Origin: Octopus vulgaris
Taxonomy: Eukaryota
Reading direction: 5' to 3'
DNA: 64,000 bases
Assembly: GCA_951406725.2 (NCBI GenBank)
Contig: OX597830.1
Span: 24,056,001-24,120,000 of the forward strand
A program made the translations under genes and the position numbers. Shown piece after piece: positions 13,310 to 26,570 of the stretch. The notes under the pieces were generated by a model. It made no database searches. It was not told the DNA's origin and saw only the letters and a list, made by a program, of their open reading frames with translations. The first letter of the stretch is position 1. The number at the start of each line of letters is the position of its first letter.

Positions 13310-14116
13310 CTGTGGTGGTTGTGCTTGTGCTTGTGGTGGTTGTGGTGGTGGTGGTGGTGGTGGTGATGGTGATGGTGGTGGTGGCAGCAGCGAAGGTGGT
13401 AGTGGTGATGGTGTTAGTGGTGATGGCGGTGATGGCGGTGGGGCAGCAGTGAAGATGGTGGTGGTGGTGTAGGCGGTAATGGTGGTGGCGGCAGCATCGA
13501 AGTTGGTGGTGGTGGTGATGGTGTAAGTTGTGATGGCGGTGATGGCGGTGGCGGCAGCATCGAAGTTGTTGGTGGTGTTGATGGCGGGGGCGGGGGGCAG
13601 TGAAGATGGGGATGGTGCTAGTGGTAGTGGTGGTGTTCGTGGTGGTGGTGTTAATGGTGGTGATTGAGGTGCAGTTAGTGGTTATTAATGGTGGTTGTGG
13701 TGGTCGACTTGGTGGTTGTGGTGGTCGACTTGGTGGTAGTGGAGATACTAATGGTTGGAGTGGATGGATGTTGTTCTTAGTGGTGGCGGTAGTGGTGGTG
13801 ATGGTCGTCGTCATGGCTGTTGTTCATGTTGCTGGTGCTGGGGCTGGTGTTTGTTGTTGTTGGGGTGGTGGTCGTCGGTGATGGTTGTGGTAGTGATGAT
13901 AATAAAAATAATAATACTAATAATGGATAATAATGATGATAGTGAAGATGATGATGAAGATAACTTTTCTACAAGAATCATGATGATGATGATGATCATC
14001 ATCATCATCATAACCTTCATCATCATCATCATCATCATCATTATCATCATCATCTTCATCATCATCAACAACAACAATGTCATCATAATAATAACCATCA
14101 ACATCATTATCACCAT

Positions 14117-14147
<31 letters not shown>

Positions 14148-14156
14148 AGCAACAAT

Positions 14157-14190
<34 letters not shown>

Positions 14191-14410
14191 GTGGCAGCAG
14201 TGGTTGTTGTTGTTGTTGTTGATGGAAAGAGTGGTAGTGACACTATCAAATGGTGATGACTATACAGATTATGATCGGGATGCTACTACTACTGCTCTTC
14301 GTGATCATGATGATTACGACGACGACAAAGATGACGATGATGTTGATGATGATGATGATGGTTATGATGATGATGATGATGGTTATGATGAAGACTAACG
14401 ATGGTGATGG
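13310..14410. repeat. Compound trinucleotide low-complexity tract (GGT, GAT, CAT)
   Basis: Direct observation. Confidence 0.9.
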
Positions 14411-14835
14411 CAAATTTCCGCCATTTTCATATCATTTTCCCGCCTATGTCATTATACTGTTTATGGTTTTGTTCATCGGTAACAAATCTTTTCACATAAG
14501 TATATGTCTTGAAAGCTACGTTTGTGTTCTTTTAAAATAGATTTATTTACCAGGTAAGTATTTCCTGCAGGCGCAGTATGGCCTGTTGGTTAGGAAGTTC
14601 GATCTGGAGCAACGATGTCTCAATTTCGATCCCACTGCGTGACATATTAAAAAAGCTGCCATGTTTTTACAGCTTCCGGTCGATCCACAACGTTTGGATG
14701 CAGTTAGGAAAGCGGAAACTGTATAGAAGATTGTCGTGGCTGTTGTACCTGTTATTGAAAATATTCAGCCTCGTCACACCTTCAATCAGAGTGATTTTAC
14801 CCGAGGACAACGTTAAAGGTACACATGTCTATGGT

Positions 14836-14871
<36 letters not shown>

Positions 14872-16433
14872 AAATAATTATAGACAGCAGGTTGCAGCGT
14901 TTTATCAAAAGTCCTACAAATGACGAGGGTGTTAGAAACACCTACATTGCTAGAAATAAGAGCTAAATGCCCTAATGCTGTAGTCAAAGCACATAATTGT
15001 ATACATACCCCCACACACACACACATACATACACATATGCATATAGAATATGAGGAGTTTAGTTCGCTGGTAATCTAAACCACTTGCATTTTAATTTAAT
15101 TTAGTTTAAGAGAAGGTAATTCTGCTGATCGAACGACTAATCTTTCATCGTGTAACGACGGACATCACCGCCAGGCATTGCTAGCACCGACGTAGTGTTA
15201 AAAAAAGCAGAATGAAAGACTTGGGAGAGAGGTGGATTTGCAGGCTAGAAATTAGATTATTTCAAAGATTGATAGCCACTGAAGTTAATTTTCTGTGTGA
15301 GTATGATGTATGATGTTTGTATATCTAGCAGCAAAACCATCCTACATTTAGGTGGAGTATTCCATTTGCAGTTCATACAGCGTGCCACCAAAATAATGTA
15401 CAAATTTTATTTTCTTGCGTTACAGCTACATTTGTTCTTGTTGTGTATTCCGCAACTAATAAGTTAATATGCTTGCGAATTGGCGATCAGTTAATTATTT
15501 TGCTCAAAGAAACGGTGTCACTTTTCATAATATCGCACTATTCGATTTATCGAGAATTGTTTTTAATTTAGACGCTCGTTTAATTTAAGTAAAAAGAAAA
15601 AAGAAACGCAGGTCATTTAACCGTAACTAATTCTCTTCTAAATGAATAGTTGTCTAGCTCTGTCCGTAACTTTCATAACCTGATCCACCAGTTTCATGCC
15701 TCTGTAGTTGCTTCGTTCTGCAACATCTATGCCCCTGTATTGCCTGAGGATGTTATCGCTACATTTGTCACTAGATATGAAACCTGTCTATACAACCTGT
15801 TGTGAAGAGCATGGTCTAATGGTTAGAGAATTACATTCACGACCGCAAGATCGCAGTTTCGATTGTCGAAACGGGCGGTGAGCTGTGTTCTAGAAGGGGA
15901 ACATTATGCTCTCAGCCACTTACACACACCATCACAACCGGGTAATCAGCCTTATGAGTTCTAGAACTCTTGACACTACTTTACTCACGCTCTTTGCGAT
16001 TTAGCAAGGGTGATTTTTACCTCAGTAAATTTGTTTCTCGCGATGTATTTACAATAAGTATGATGCACAGATATCCATTTTCAACCAGTACTACATTCGT
16101 TGAATATAAAGGAGTTATGTTTCCTCATATTACATTTGCTTGGCTTCAAGTTTTCTTTTCGACACTGGCAAACCCCTTAAGGTTCATCTTCACTCTCTGT
16201 TACATATATACATAACGCCGATCTTCTCCTCCGGCCACCCGATGTTGTTCCTCGATTCCAACTTTCTTCCGAACATTCTTACCATTTTGTATCTCTAATC
16301 TACCAGTACACCACCATGTTACCTCCCTTCTCCTATTTTTATACGTTGTTAAATGTATTTCTCTAGTAAATGAGAAAACATCCTTCTCGAGCCCCATGAG
16401 ACACATAAGAGACGGTTTCCTGGTCTCCATGCC

Positions 16434-16481
<48 letters not shown>

Positions 16482-16805
16482 GGAAAGTATACGAAAATAA
16501 ACAAAAGACGAAGGCAGGTATGTATAAACAAATAGATGTATTAGTATATAGGAATAGAAATAGTATATACGTTTCGATACGCTCTTACATATACATAAAT
16601 ATATATGATAGAGATATGTTTGAAAAAGAAAATAGAAACTACACGTGGAAAAGATATGGGGAAAGTAAGAAGAAGGAAAAAAACGAAAATGCACATTGAA
16701 TATCAAAAAAATAAAGGCTTTTAATGAAAAGTAGGGATAAATATATACATTTAGATGAACTGAGGTAGAATTATATATACATACATACATACATACATAC
16801 ATACA

Positions 16806-16837
<32 letters not shown>

Positions 16838-16840
<3 letters not shown>

Positions 16841-17070
16841 TTTTTTTCTCTAGTTTAAGCTCAGAGCTGCGGCCATGCTGATGCAACGCCGTTTTGCTAC
16901 ACTGTTATTACTAAAAGCCTCCTCTACTTTGTGGCACTTGGTGAAGAATGAAGTTTGATATAGCTACCCTCATTTGCACCTCTTGCCGTGAGGTAGGTTC
17001 ATCCGGGACTCTCGACGCGAAGAGGTCCAGCTTTGATTTAAAAACCGCTACATCTACTTTGTGCAAGTTC

Positions 17071-17073
<3 letters not shown>
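16838..17073 (-). mobile_element. 3' end of a CR1-type LINE (ORF2 C-terminus plus 3' UTR)
   Basis: Minus strand translates RNLHKVDVAVFKSKLDLFASRVPDEPTSRQEVQMRVAISNFILHQVPQSRGGF*, with the FKxxLDxF...VPDxP...SNxxxxQ pattern of CR1-clade ORF2 ends. The 3' UTR GGCGTTGCATCAGCATGGCCGCAG and an A-rich end follow. Confidence 0.75.
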
Positions 17074-17119
<46 letters not shown>

Positions 17120-17383
17120 GAGATATTTTCGTCGCTTTGAGACCGCGACCTGTTAAACTGATAAAAAAAGTTTATCAGTGCACAGGTCGCTGTCTCAAAG
17201 CGGAAGTGAATCTAACGGTTTTTGTGTGTTTCTTAAATGGCTTAGAAACACCTTCTACGCTGCAATTGTTTTCGTTCCAGCAAATGAAATATTTTTAAAA
17301 GAATATTTGCATAGTATTCAAATACAATGGGCATTTTCCTTGTTTCTGCCTGTCTCTGTCTCTCTTGTTTACTCTTCTGGGTT

Positions 17384-17439
<56 letters not shown>

Positions 17440-17464
17440 CTGAACGGGGTGCCGGTCCGAAACA

Positions 17465-17617
17465 GGATTGCTCAGTTTGCCAGCTGTAGGGTCTGGAGAA
17501 ACGACGTGAAATGAAGTGTTTTTCAGGAGAACACAATGCATTGCCCGTTCCAGGAATTGAAACCACGATCTTGAGAACATGAGTCCAACATCCTAACCAC
17601 AAGGCCACACGTTTCCA
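17465..17617 (-). mobile_element. tRNA-derived SINE 5' portion (family C/D type)
   Basis: Minus strand GTGTGGCCTTGTGGTTAGG...GGTTTCAATTCCTGG...CACTTCATTTCACGTCG. Confidence 0.7.
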
Positions 17618-17850
17618 CTATTTCCCTAGCACAGTCTCTTTTCTTGCTTCTACTCTTTCACTTCCCCCTCCCATCTCCCCACCGTCATTTCACTCTTTTC
17701 GTCGTTGATCTAATTAAATATTCAAATATGTCTCTGTCTTCCATTTCTGTTTTCCTCGCTGTTTCTTTCCCCCGAGTTGTTTCCTTGGGTTTAAATGTTC
17801 CGTTGTGATAAGTTCGAAGAGAATAAGATTGTGCACACACTCTTTTGTGT

Positions 17851-17920
<70 letters not shown>

Positions 17921-17921
17921 A

Positions 17922-17978
<57 letters not shown>

Positions 17979-18446
17979 TCTTTTTCTACTACGACTACTA
18001 CTACTACCCCCGCCGCCGCCACCACTACTACCTTTACTACTACTATCATTACTATTACAACTACTACAACTATTACTACCACTACTACCCCCAACACCAC
18101 CACCAACAACAGCACCACAACTACTACTACCACCACCACCACCTCCACTGCCGCCGGCACAACCAGCACCAGCACCACAGCACCACCACTATCACCACCA
18201 CCACCAGCAGCACTACTACTACTACTACTACTACCACCTCCACCTCCATTGGCACAGACGCCACCAGCACCACCACCACCACTATCACCAACATCAACAC
18301 CAGTACTACTACTACTACCGCTGCTGCTACTACTACTACTACTACTACCACCTCCACCTCCATTGTCACAGACGCCACCAGCTCCACCACCACCACCACT
18401 ATCACCAACATCAATACCAGTACTACTACTACTACCGCTGCTGCTG

Positions 18447-18483
<37 letters not shown>

Positions 18484-18554
18484 ACCACCTCCACCTCCAT
18501 TGCCACAGACGCCACCAGCTCCACCACCACCACTATCACCAACATCAACACCAG

Positions 18555-18593
<39 letters not shown>

Positions 18594-18660
18594 CGCTGCT
18601 GCTGCTACTACTACTACTACTACTACTACTACTATTACTATTATTACTACTACTACTACA
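17851..18660. repeat. (CTA)n/(CCA)n tract containing a ~115-135 bp unit repeated three times
   Basis: CCACCTCCACCTCCATTG-CACAGACGCCACCAGC...ATCACCAACATCAA-ACCAGTACTAC recurs at ~18234, ~18348 and ~18485. Confidence 0.9.
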
Positions 18661-19064
18661 TAGATTCTTTGATTTGTCTCGTTGTTGAATGTAGGAGTTG
18701 TTTACAATATATCTAAGACGAACGAGTTTTTACGTTTTTTTCATCCTTCTCACTGTTTTATCGTTAACTTTTATCTTTGGGAAGGTCTTTCATTTGTCTC
18801 TGGGAAGATCTATCGATTTGAATTATATAAGCATTCCTACTTTAAACATTATTGTTACATTGAAAATGTCCGTCTTTAGTATTTTCTACTTTCACTTTCT
18901 AAACGACATATATTTATTTCTGTTTATATAATTATTTGTTGTTTCACTTTTGGGTTTTTGTTTGGTGGTGGGTTTGTTAATTCTAATCTTTTGTTTGTTT
19001 TGAGCGTATCAGGGAGATCCTCGCCATTTATGGTTTCAACATTTATGAATAAAATTAAGGTGTT

Positions 19065-19480
19065 GAGATGGCAGAAACGTTAGCACGCCGGGCGAAAATC
19101 CTTAGCGGTATTTCGTCCATCTTTATCAACTGAGTTCAAATTCCGTCGAAGTTACTTTGCTTTTCATCTTTTAGGGGTGGATTAAAATATGTAACTTAGA
19201 GTACTGGGGTTGATTTAATCGACTTACCCTCGCCCTCAAAATTGCTGACTTTGTGCCAAAATTTGAACCTAATATTAAAGATGGCGAGCAAACAGAATGA
19301 TTAGCATGCCAGGCAAAATACTTAGCGACATTTCGTTCGTCTTTACGCTCTGAGATCAAATCCTGCCGAGATCGACTTTGCCTGTCATCCTTCGGGGTCG
19401 ATGTAAAGAAGTACCTGTTAGGCACTGGGGTCGAAGTATCGACTTACCTCGCTCATGAAGTGCCAAAATTTGAAACGTAT
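19065..19480 (+). mobile_element. Two tandem copies of SINE family B
   Basis: TGGCAGAAACGTTAGCACGCCGGGCGAAA...GAGTTCAAATTCCG...TTTCATC...; the second copy starts at ~19280. Confidence 0.85.
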
Positions 19481-19656
19481 ATTACAAATGTTTACAATAT
19501 TTACAACCCAATATTTACAAATATTTACAAATTATCGTGGAATGATAAGAAAGAACATCGGACTCAATTATTATTTGTGATATTTAACTACGGATATTTA
19601 CGTTTCTCTTTCAGGATTTTACCCAAAACGTAAAGACGGACGAAATGCCGTTAAGT

Positions 19657-20630
19657 GTCAGGTTGGTGCTAAGGTAATGGCCGATTTTAAGGTATCTATC
19701 AAAAATGAAAAATCCAATGACTAAGACAATATTTATTTGTTAACATAATTTCCATTGCTTTCTACAACTTCATTCTATCTGTCAACAGGCTTATAAATGC
19801 CACGCTTGTAAAAATGTATAGATTTTGATGCGAAATATGAATCCAGCTCATTTTCAACCTTTTCTCTTGATGTCAACCTAAGACCATTCAAATAGTTCTG
19901 AAGTCCCCGAAATAAGTGATAATCTAAAGGAGCAAGGTCTGGAGAATATGGAGGATAAAGCAATATTTCTCAGCCAACCTCTTCCAAGAGAACTTTGGTT
20001 AGTCGAGCTGGTGTGCGGACGAGTATAAATATGATGGAAGATGACACCCTTTCTGTTGACAAAGAAATGTCGCTTCCTGTTCAAAACAGCTTTCAAACGA
20101 TGAAGTTAATCGCAGTAGAAATTAGTAGAAATTGTTTGATTGTTGCCTAGACACAATCTGATCTACCTTGGATGAAGCCCTCCTCTTGGTTATTGAACAA
20201 ATCTTCCTCCTCGACTGATTCACGATTGGCAGTGTTTAACGTTATGGTAAAGGATTCACATCTCATCACCTGTAACAAGCCTTCCTAAAAATAGCTCCCT
20301 AAGGTGTCGTGAAAGCAATGACTGACCACAAACAACACGCTGTTGCAGATTCTCTGCAGACATTTCCTGCAGGACCCATTTTCCAACCACTGAAACCTTT
20401 CCGGTCCTTTTCAGTTGGCGTAGAACAGTTGTATGGGCTACATTAACCTCTTCTGCAAGTTCTCTACAAGTAGCAGTTGGATCTTCTGTGACAACAGCTT
20501 CCAACTCTTCGGTATCGAGTTGTTTTGAACGACCTTTTTTTGGCTCTCTTTCAAACTCAAATCCCTACTTTTGAAGCGAGAAAACCGTCCCCTGCAACTT
20601 CTTTCACTCACTACATCCCCATAAACTCTC
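19657..20630 (-). mobile_element. Degenerate mariner (Tc1/mariner) transposon; transposase pseudogene, 5' end missing
   Basis: Fragments KWVLQEMS (WVPHEL-like), LGRLVTGDE, RKGVIFHH..RPH and PPYSPDLAPLDYHLF; TIR-like CAGGTTGGTGCTAAGGTAATGGCCGATTTT at 19658. Confidence 0.9.
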
Positions 20631-20693
20631 TGAAAGCCTTAAATTTTTGGGGAAGGGTTAGTCGATTACATCTATTTATAGTTAGATTTAGAC

Positions 20694-20763
<70 letters not shown>

Positions 20764-20769
<6 letters not shown>

Positions 20770-21295
20770 ATATTTCGGCATGGTCATATTGCCAGTTTAG
20801 CCAATAAAAACACACGCACTATATATTTGGTGTTATTTTGCTTCAGTGATATTTATTTTTTACATTAATCTTAATCTTATTTCGGCCAGAGTTCTTTCGT
20901 CACACTCCTGTGACCGCATCAGTGGTCCTTTGTTTTCTTCTCACTTATTTGTGTCTCTCCTTACTAACCGTCAGCCATTTTGTATTTCTATTGTATGTCT
21001 TCATTTGCGCATGCTTATATCTCTATGTGCGTCTATGTTTATTTAGTGTGTGTGTGGGGGGATGCCTGTAATATTTGTATCTTCTGTTTATATACATTCA
21101 TGTAATTTGTATTTTGTTTTTGTTGTTGCTTTTGTTCTAATTTTGTTCATGTGTTTACATCCACCCATTATTATCATTACATATGCTTGTATGTATGTAT
21201 AACAACAATATTAGTAATAATAATAATAAATCTAATCGAAAAAAAAAGATCTAATCGAAAAAAATATATATATACATATACACACATATATACAC

Positions 21296-21338
<43 letters not shown>

Positions 21339-21695
21339 CATATACATACATAGATATATATACATATATATAGTTATTCATTTCTATTTGTTTATTTATC
21401 TGTGTATTTATTATGTTTTCGGGATCCTCTATCGTCATATGTTGTGGTGTGTGCTATTGCTCCATTCTAGTTTTCTATCCAGGCTAGGTTTATTTTCTAT
21501 TATATGTGTAGCTTCTGTAATTTGTCTAATATAATAGAAAATAAACCTAGCCTGAATAGAAAACTAGAATGGAGCAATAACACACACCACAACATATGAC
21601 GATAGAGGATCCCGAAAACATAATAAATACACAGATAAATAAACAAATAGAAATGAATAACTATATATATGTATATATATCTATGTATGTATATG

Positions 21696-21752
<57 letters not shown>

Positions 21753-22321
21753 ATGTATGTATATATATGTATTTATATTTTTTTTCGATTAGATTTATTA
21801 TTATTATTACTAATATTGTTGTTATACATACATGCAATCATATGTAATGATAATAATGGGTGGATGTAAACACATGAACAAAATTGGAACAAAAGCAACA
21901 ACAACAAAAACAAAATACAAATTACATGAATGTATATAAACAGAAGATACAAATATTACAGGCATCCCCCCACACACACACTAAATAAACATAGACGCAC
22001 ATAGAGATATAAGCATGCGCAAATGAAGACATACAATAGAAATACAAAATGGCTAACGGTTAGTAAGGAGAGACACAAATAAGTGAGAAGAAAACAAAGG
22101 ACCATTGATGCGGTCACAGGAGTGTGACGAAAGAACTCTGGCCGAAATAAGATTAAGATTAATGTAAAAAATAAATATCACTGAAGCAAAATAACACCAA
22201 ATATATAGTGCGTGTGTTTTTATTGGCTAAACTGGCAATATGACCATTCCGAAATATAACAATATCTGTTTCAACACACGACTTCACATAAAAAATCTTG
22301 CACACCAAATATTTAAACGTA

Positions 22322-22325
<4 letters not shown>
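20764..22325. mobile_element. Large fold-back unit: ~740-bp inverted arms (20764-21505 / 21529-22265), ~23-nt loop, flanked by (TA)n
   Basis: Arms are near-identical reverse complements; the peptide [17 protein letters not shown] appears on both strands in the ORF track. Each arm carries a hammerhead-like motif (20884-20928 minus, 22099-22143 plus). Confidence 0.92.
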
Positions 22326-22368
<43 letters not shown>

Positions 22369-22432
22369 TATATACGAGTGAGTGGACAGGCAAAGGAAGG
22401 GTGCCCAGCCAATTCATTGGGAGTTACATGTA

Positions 22433-22597
22433 TGGATCAAAACAGTTTGATTCAAATTCGTTGATACTCTTAAGAGTCAAGCGCGATGTTAATCGTGCGC
22501 CATTTTGAATTTGAATGGCTGAATTGAAATTGGCTAATGACTAGCATCGTGGTCCAAACTTAAGAGTACCAGCGAATTTGAATCAAACTGCTTTGAT

Positions 22598-22600
<3 letters not shown>
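22433..22600. mobile_element. 168-bp MITE with ~42-bp TIRs and TA flanks
   Basis: TGGATCAAAACAGTTTGATTCAAATTCGTTGATACTCTTAAG / CTTAAGAGTACCAGCGAATTTGAATCAAACTGCTTTGATCCA. Confidence 0.8.
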
Positions 22601-22676
<76 letters not shown>

Positions 22677-22678
<2 letters not shown>

Positions 22679-24750
22679 GAGTTAAACGCAGGTGTTATTC
22701 AAATTCCGACACATGTTTCGAAGGTATCATTAGTATTATTCCGAAGGAATAAAATGATGTAAAACAATGTAATCATCTCTTCATAGAAATGGAGAAATAA
22801 AACTCGTCAATAAGACATTTTAACAGAATATGATGGATATGTATAGTGATGAACTGAACGCTATTAAGTTGTTTTTTTTTTAAACGTTTAAAAAAACGTT
22901 TTAAAAAAACGTTTAAAAAAACGTTTTAAAAAAGACGTTAAAGGTAGCCTATAGAAAGAGGAGGGGTAAAGAAAAGAAAAAAATCAGAAACCAAATAAAT
23001 GAGAAATATAAAACGATATGTGTATTTATATAAAACCCTAAAGTCTTGGAAAAAGATATATCTAATGGAAGTGAAATGTAAAAAGAAAATCAATGTTTAA
23101 ATTATATATAGTGGTAGCTATCACTTATATGAATTCAAGGTGTGTTTCTGCCAATGTTTACATCGATAAGCACGTTCTATAATTGTGTTTACAAGGGGAG
23201 TTTTAGAAAAAAGAATAAAAAATAGTTCACAATTACAGAGAAGACAAAATTCCTTGCCTTTATCATAAGAGAACGAAATCAAGAGAATCAACTAATCTAA
23301 ATTAAATTGTTTATTATAATCTTTTAGATAGCAAATTAATTTACTAAGTCCTGTACTGTTACGTTTATTCCTATCCCTAAATGTAGAGTAATGATTAGAA
23401 ATTCTTTTAGATAACTGAGAAGAAGAACTACCTATATAAAAAAGACATCGGTACCTGAAGTAATTTTACACCGGTATATAGTTTTTAATCATAGAATTAC
23501 TTGACATAAACTTAATTCCGTTGGAATTGACTTCAGAGACAATAACATTGTTATCAATATTTCTAGGCGGATGGATGGTATCAGCTAAATTAATGATAGT
23601 ATTAGCAAATGGATTCTTATTTAACAGAATAATATTATGTGAGGAGATAATTTGTAAGAGATTTTTTGTGTTGGAAAAACCAATCCTAACAGTGTGCGAG
23701 TTGATAATAGAGTAATACCTAGAATTTCTTGGAAAATTCCTAATAATAGCTTCCCGAAACTGGAAAGAAAGATTAGATTTACTTTGCCTCCCATAAGGAA
23801 TAATCAACCAAATAGTTTTTGCTATTAGTTGCTTTATTTTTAGTGTAACTATCTTTAAAAGACATCGATTTACCTTTAGAATGAAAAAAGGGGTTTAAAT
23901 AAGGATATCTCCCTTCCTCTGTTTGTAGTTGGCGTATAAATTTATCAGTATAGCCTGCTTTAAGTAAGGCAGTTATAAAATTCAGCCTTGCCATTGAAAA
24001 TGTCAACATTAGCAGATAACTTAGACAATCTAAATGAAATATTTTTAATTACGTTCTTAGTGATTTCCCTAGAATGATTACTGAATTGGCTAATATACTT
24101 AAGATTGGTCGATGATTTGTGGTATGGGAAGTACGAATTATTGTGTAAGTTAAGTGTAATATCTAAAAAGTTGGCTTTCGTTACATCATCATGAAAAACG
24201 ATGCCTAAGCCCATTCTACGGAAAAACTTAACTAAACTATTCTTAACCTTTTGTACTTTTTGGTCAGAAACATTTTGATGGTAAAGTAAACAATCATCAC
24301 GATATAGACCTCCATTAATGCTTGGGAATTGGTCTGCCATTTCATAGAGTATATATATACAGACCAAATGAGCTACTTGTGCTGAATCAGAACTTCCCAT
24401 CGTAAAAAAAACTTAATAGCGTTCAGTTAATCACTATACATATCCATCATATTCTGTTAAAATGTCTTATTGACGAGTTTTATTTCTTCATTTCCCTGAA
24501 GAGAAGATTACATTGTTTTCCACCATTCTATTCCTTTGGAATAATACCAATATCTTCGAAACATGTGTCGGAAGTAAAAGAATTTGAATAACACCTGCGT
24601 TTAACTCCATTTATTTATTTATAGATATTATACAAAATATTTCACATAAACCCGGAGTTTCTACCTTTACAAACAGGGTATTACGCCCTTTTTACTTGTG
24701 TGAGTTTTTACTACCCTGGTAACTGTTTATCTATTTTCCGTGTTAATTGT
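22677..24750 (-). mobile_element. Penelope-like retroelement, 5'-truncated, with an inverted pseudo-LTR
   Basis: RT motifs MGSSDSAQVAHLV, GLYRDDCL and NFLDITLNL (ORF 23960-24400); frameshifted thumb/linker; GIY-YIG remnant at ~23125-23500. pLTR 22677-22870 is inverted at 24411-24610. Confidence 0.92.
24490..24575 (+). ncRNA. Type I hammerhead ribozyme, canonical core, in the inverted PLE pLTR
   Basis: Stem I ATTTCC/GGAAGT; CTGAAGA (24496-24502); stem II GAAGAT/ATCTTC; GAAA (24558-24561); stem III with ACATGT palindrome; GUC triplet, predicted cleavage after 24569. Confidence 0.85.
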
Positions 24751-24765
24751 AAACAAAGGAAAATT

Positions 24766-24850
<85 letters not shown>

Positions 24851-25587
24851 TACTTACATATATATAAACGAACTTGTGCGGCTTTTGCGATGATTTGATA
24901 AGTGGTGCCGAGCTTATAAGTGATCACCGTGTATTGACTACAGAAAACAGTCAATTTCATGTGCAAGGCATATTAGTTGGTCCGGAGCTATTGCAGAAGA
25001 CACGTGACCAAGGTGCCACGCAGTGGGACTGAACCCCGAAATCAACTTGCTTGGTTGCAAAGCGAGTTTCTTAACCACACAGTAATACAAGTAACAAACG
25101 CTAAGATGGAGAACAGCTAAAAAGCTGAACGTAGATTAATCAGTAATACCCAAATGACTATGTTATCAGACAAATATCACCAAATCCAGAATAATTAAAC
25201 GCAAATTAATTGAAAATGAAAATAATAATTTCTAAACATCAAAATCTGAGAATTAAGACAAAATCACCAATGAAAGTATTTGATTTTAAATAGGACTAAT
25301 AACATAAAATATAGTCAAATATATAAGACAATTATAAAAGTTTAGTACAAGAGTCTTAGACTCTTTTAAATTGAAACGTAAATCTGTTAATACGATTACG
25401 AATATAAATGCACTTGTCATCGTCCCAGTGATAGAGTACGGATTCAGAGATATTCAGTATAAATACACTGGAAGAAGAATGAAGAGATTAACAGGAACGA
25501 ACGGGAGAAACGTATACAAAAATGTAGTTCGTTGTAATATGAGCCCCGCGTTGCGGAACTGAAGTATGTTTTATGTGTGTGTTTTTT

Positions 25588-25633
<46 letters not shown>

Positions 25634-25814
25634 ACTTCTGTTTGTTTTCTACACCACCTGTCTTCGTCTTGTGTTTGTTTCGTGAATTATCTCCCTATTA
25701 TGTATATATATATAGATACATATATATGTATATATAGAAATATATCTATCTGCCTATCAATCACTTGATCACTTTAGCTATCTAATTATGTATTTACATC
25801 TGACTATTCATCTG

Positions 25815-25924
<110 letters not shown>

Positions 25925-26570
25925 CACATACATATTTCACGCACAAATAGAATGAAGGCTTCCTAGAGAAGGTAGAATTGGAAATATTACAAAGTAACGA
26001 GCGAATCTAGAAAACCACTCAGAAACAAACAAAGGTAAACTGATTAGCGCAATAAGGCGACAGTAAAAAGCAAACATTGTTTTCTTTTATATAAGAGAAC
26101 AATGAAGTACAAACTAGAAGCTAATTACACAGAGGAAAACAGTTTAGTTAAGGATCAAACGGTGGGAAAAGTTGAAACAATACACAAGATAACATCAAAG
26201 CAGAACTTCAAAAAGATGCTTAAAAAAAAAATACTTTCAGAAAAAAAAATCCTCTATATGATCAGTATTCAATAATATAAAACAGAGACGAATTGAGCCA
26301 ATAGAAAAATCAACAATGGTTCTAAAGCTTTGGACTGTTGACAGAAACGGAACGTCTGTCTGATTTTAAATGTACAAGATCAATGTCTAGCCACAAAGTA
26401 TTGATTCTTAACATAGACTCTAGGCTAAATATATTTTTGTTTAGTTTTGTCGATGGCCTCTAGACTCTGACTGGTATTTTATTTAATCCAACGTGGGAAG
26501 ATGAAAGCAACTTCGATCTCGGTGGTATTGAGATTGAGAATTTAAAGGGATGAAAGACGATTAATGATAT

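Noticed and set aside
17795-18716. ~300-aa Thr/Tyr/Leu-rich ORFs (mucin-like)
   Set aside because: Open in all three frames because of (CTA)n/(CCA)n composition, and the repeat unit changes frame.
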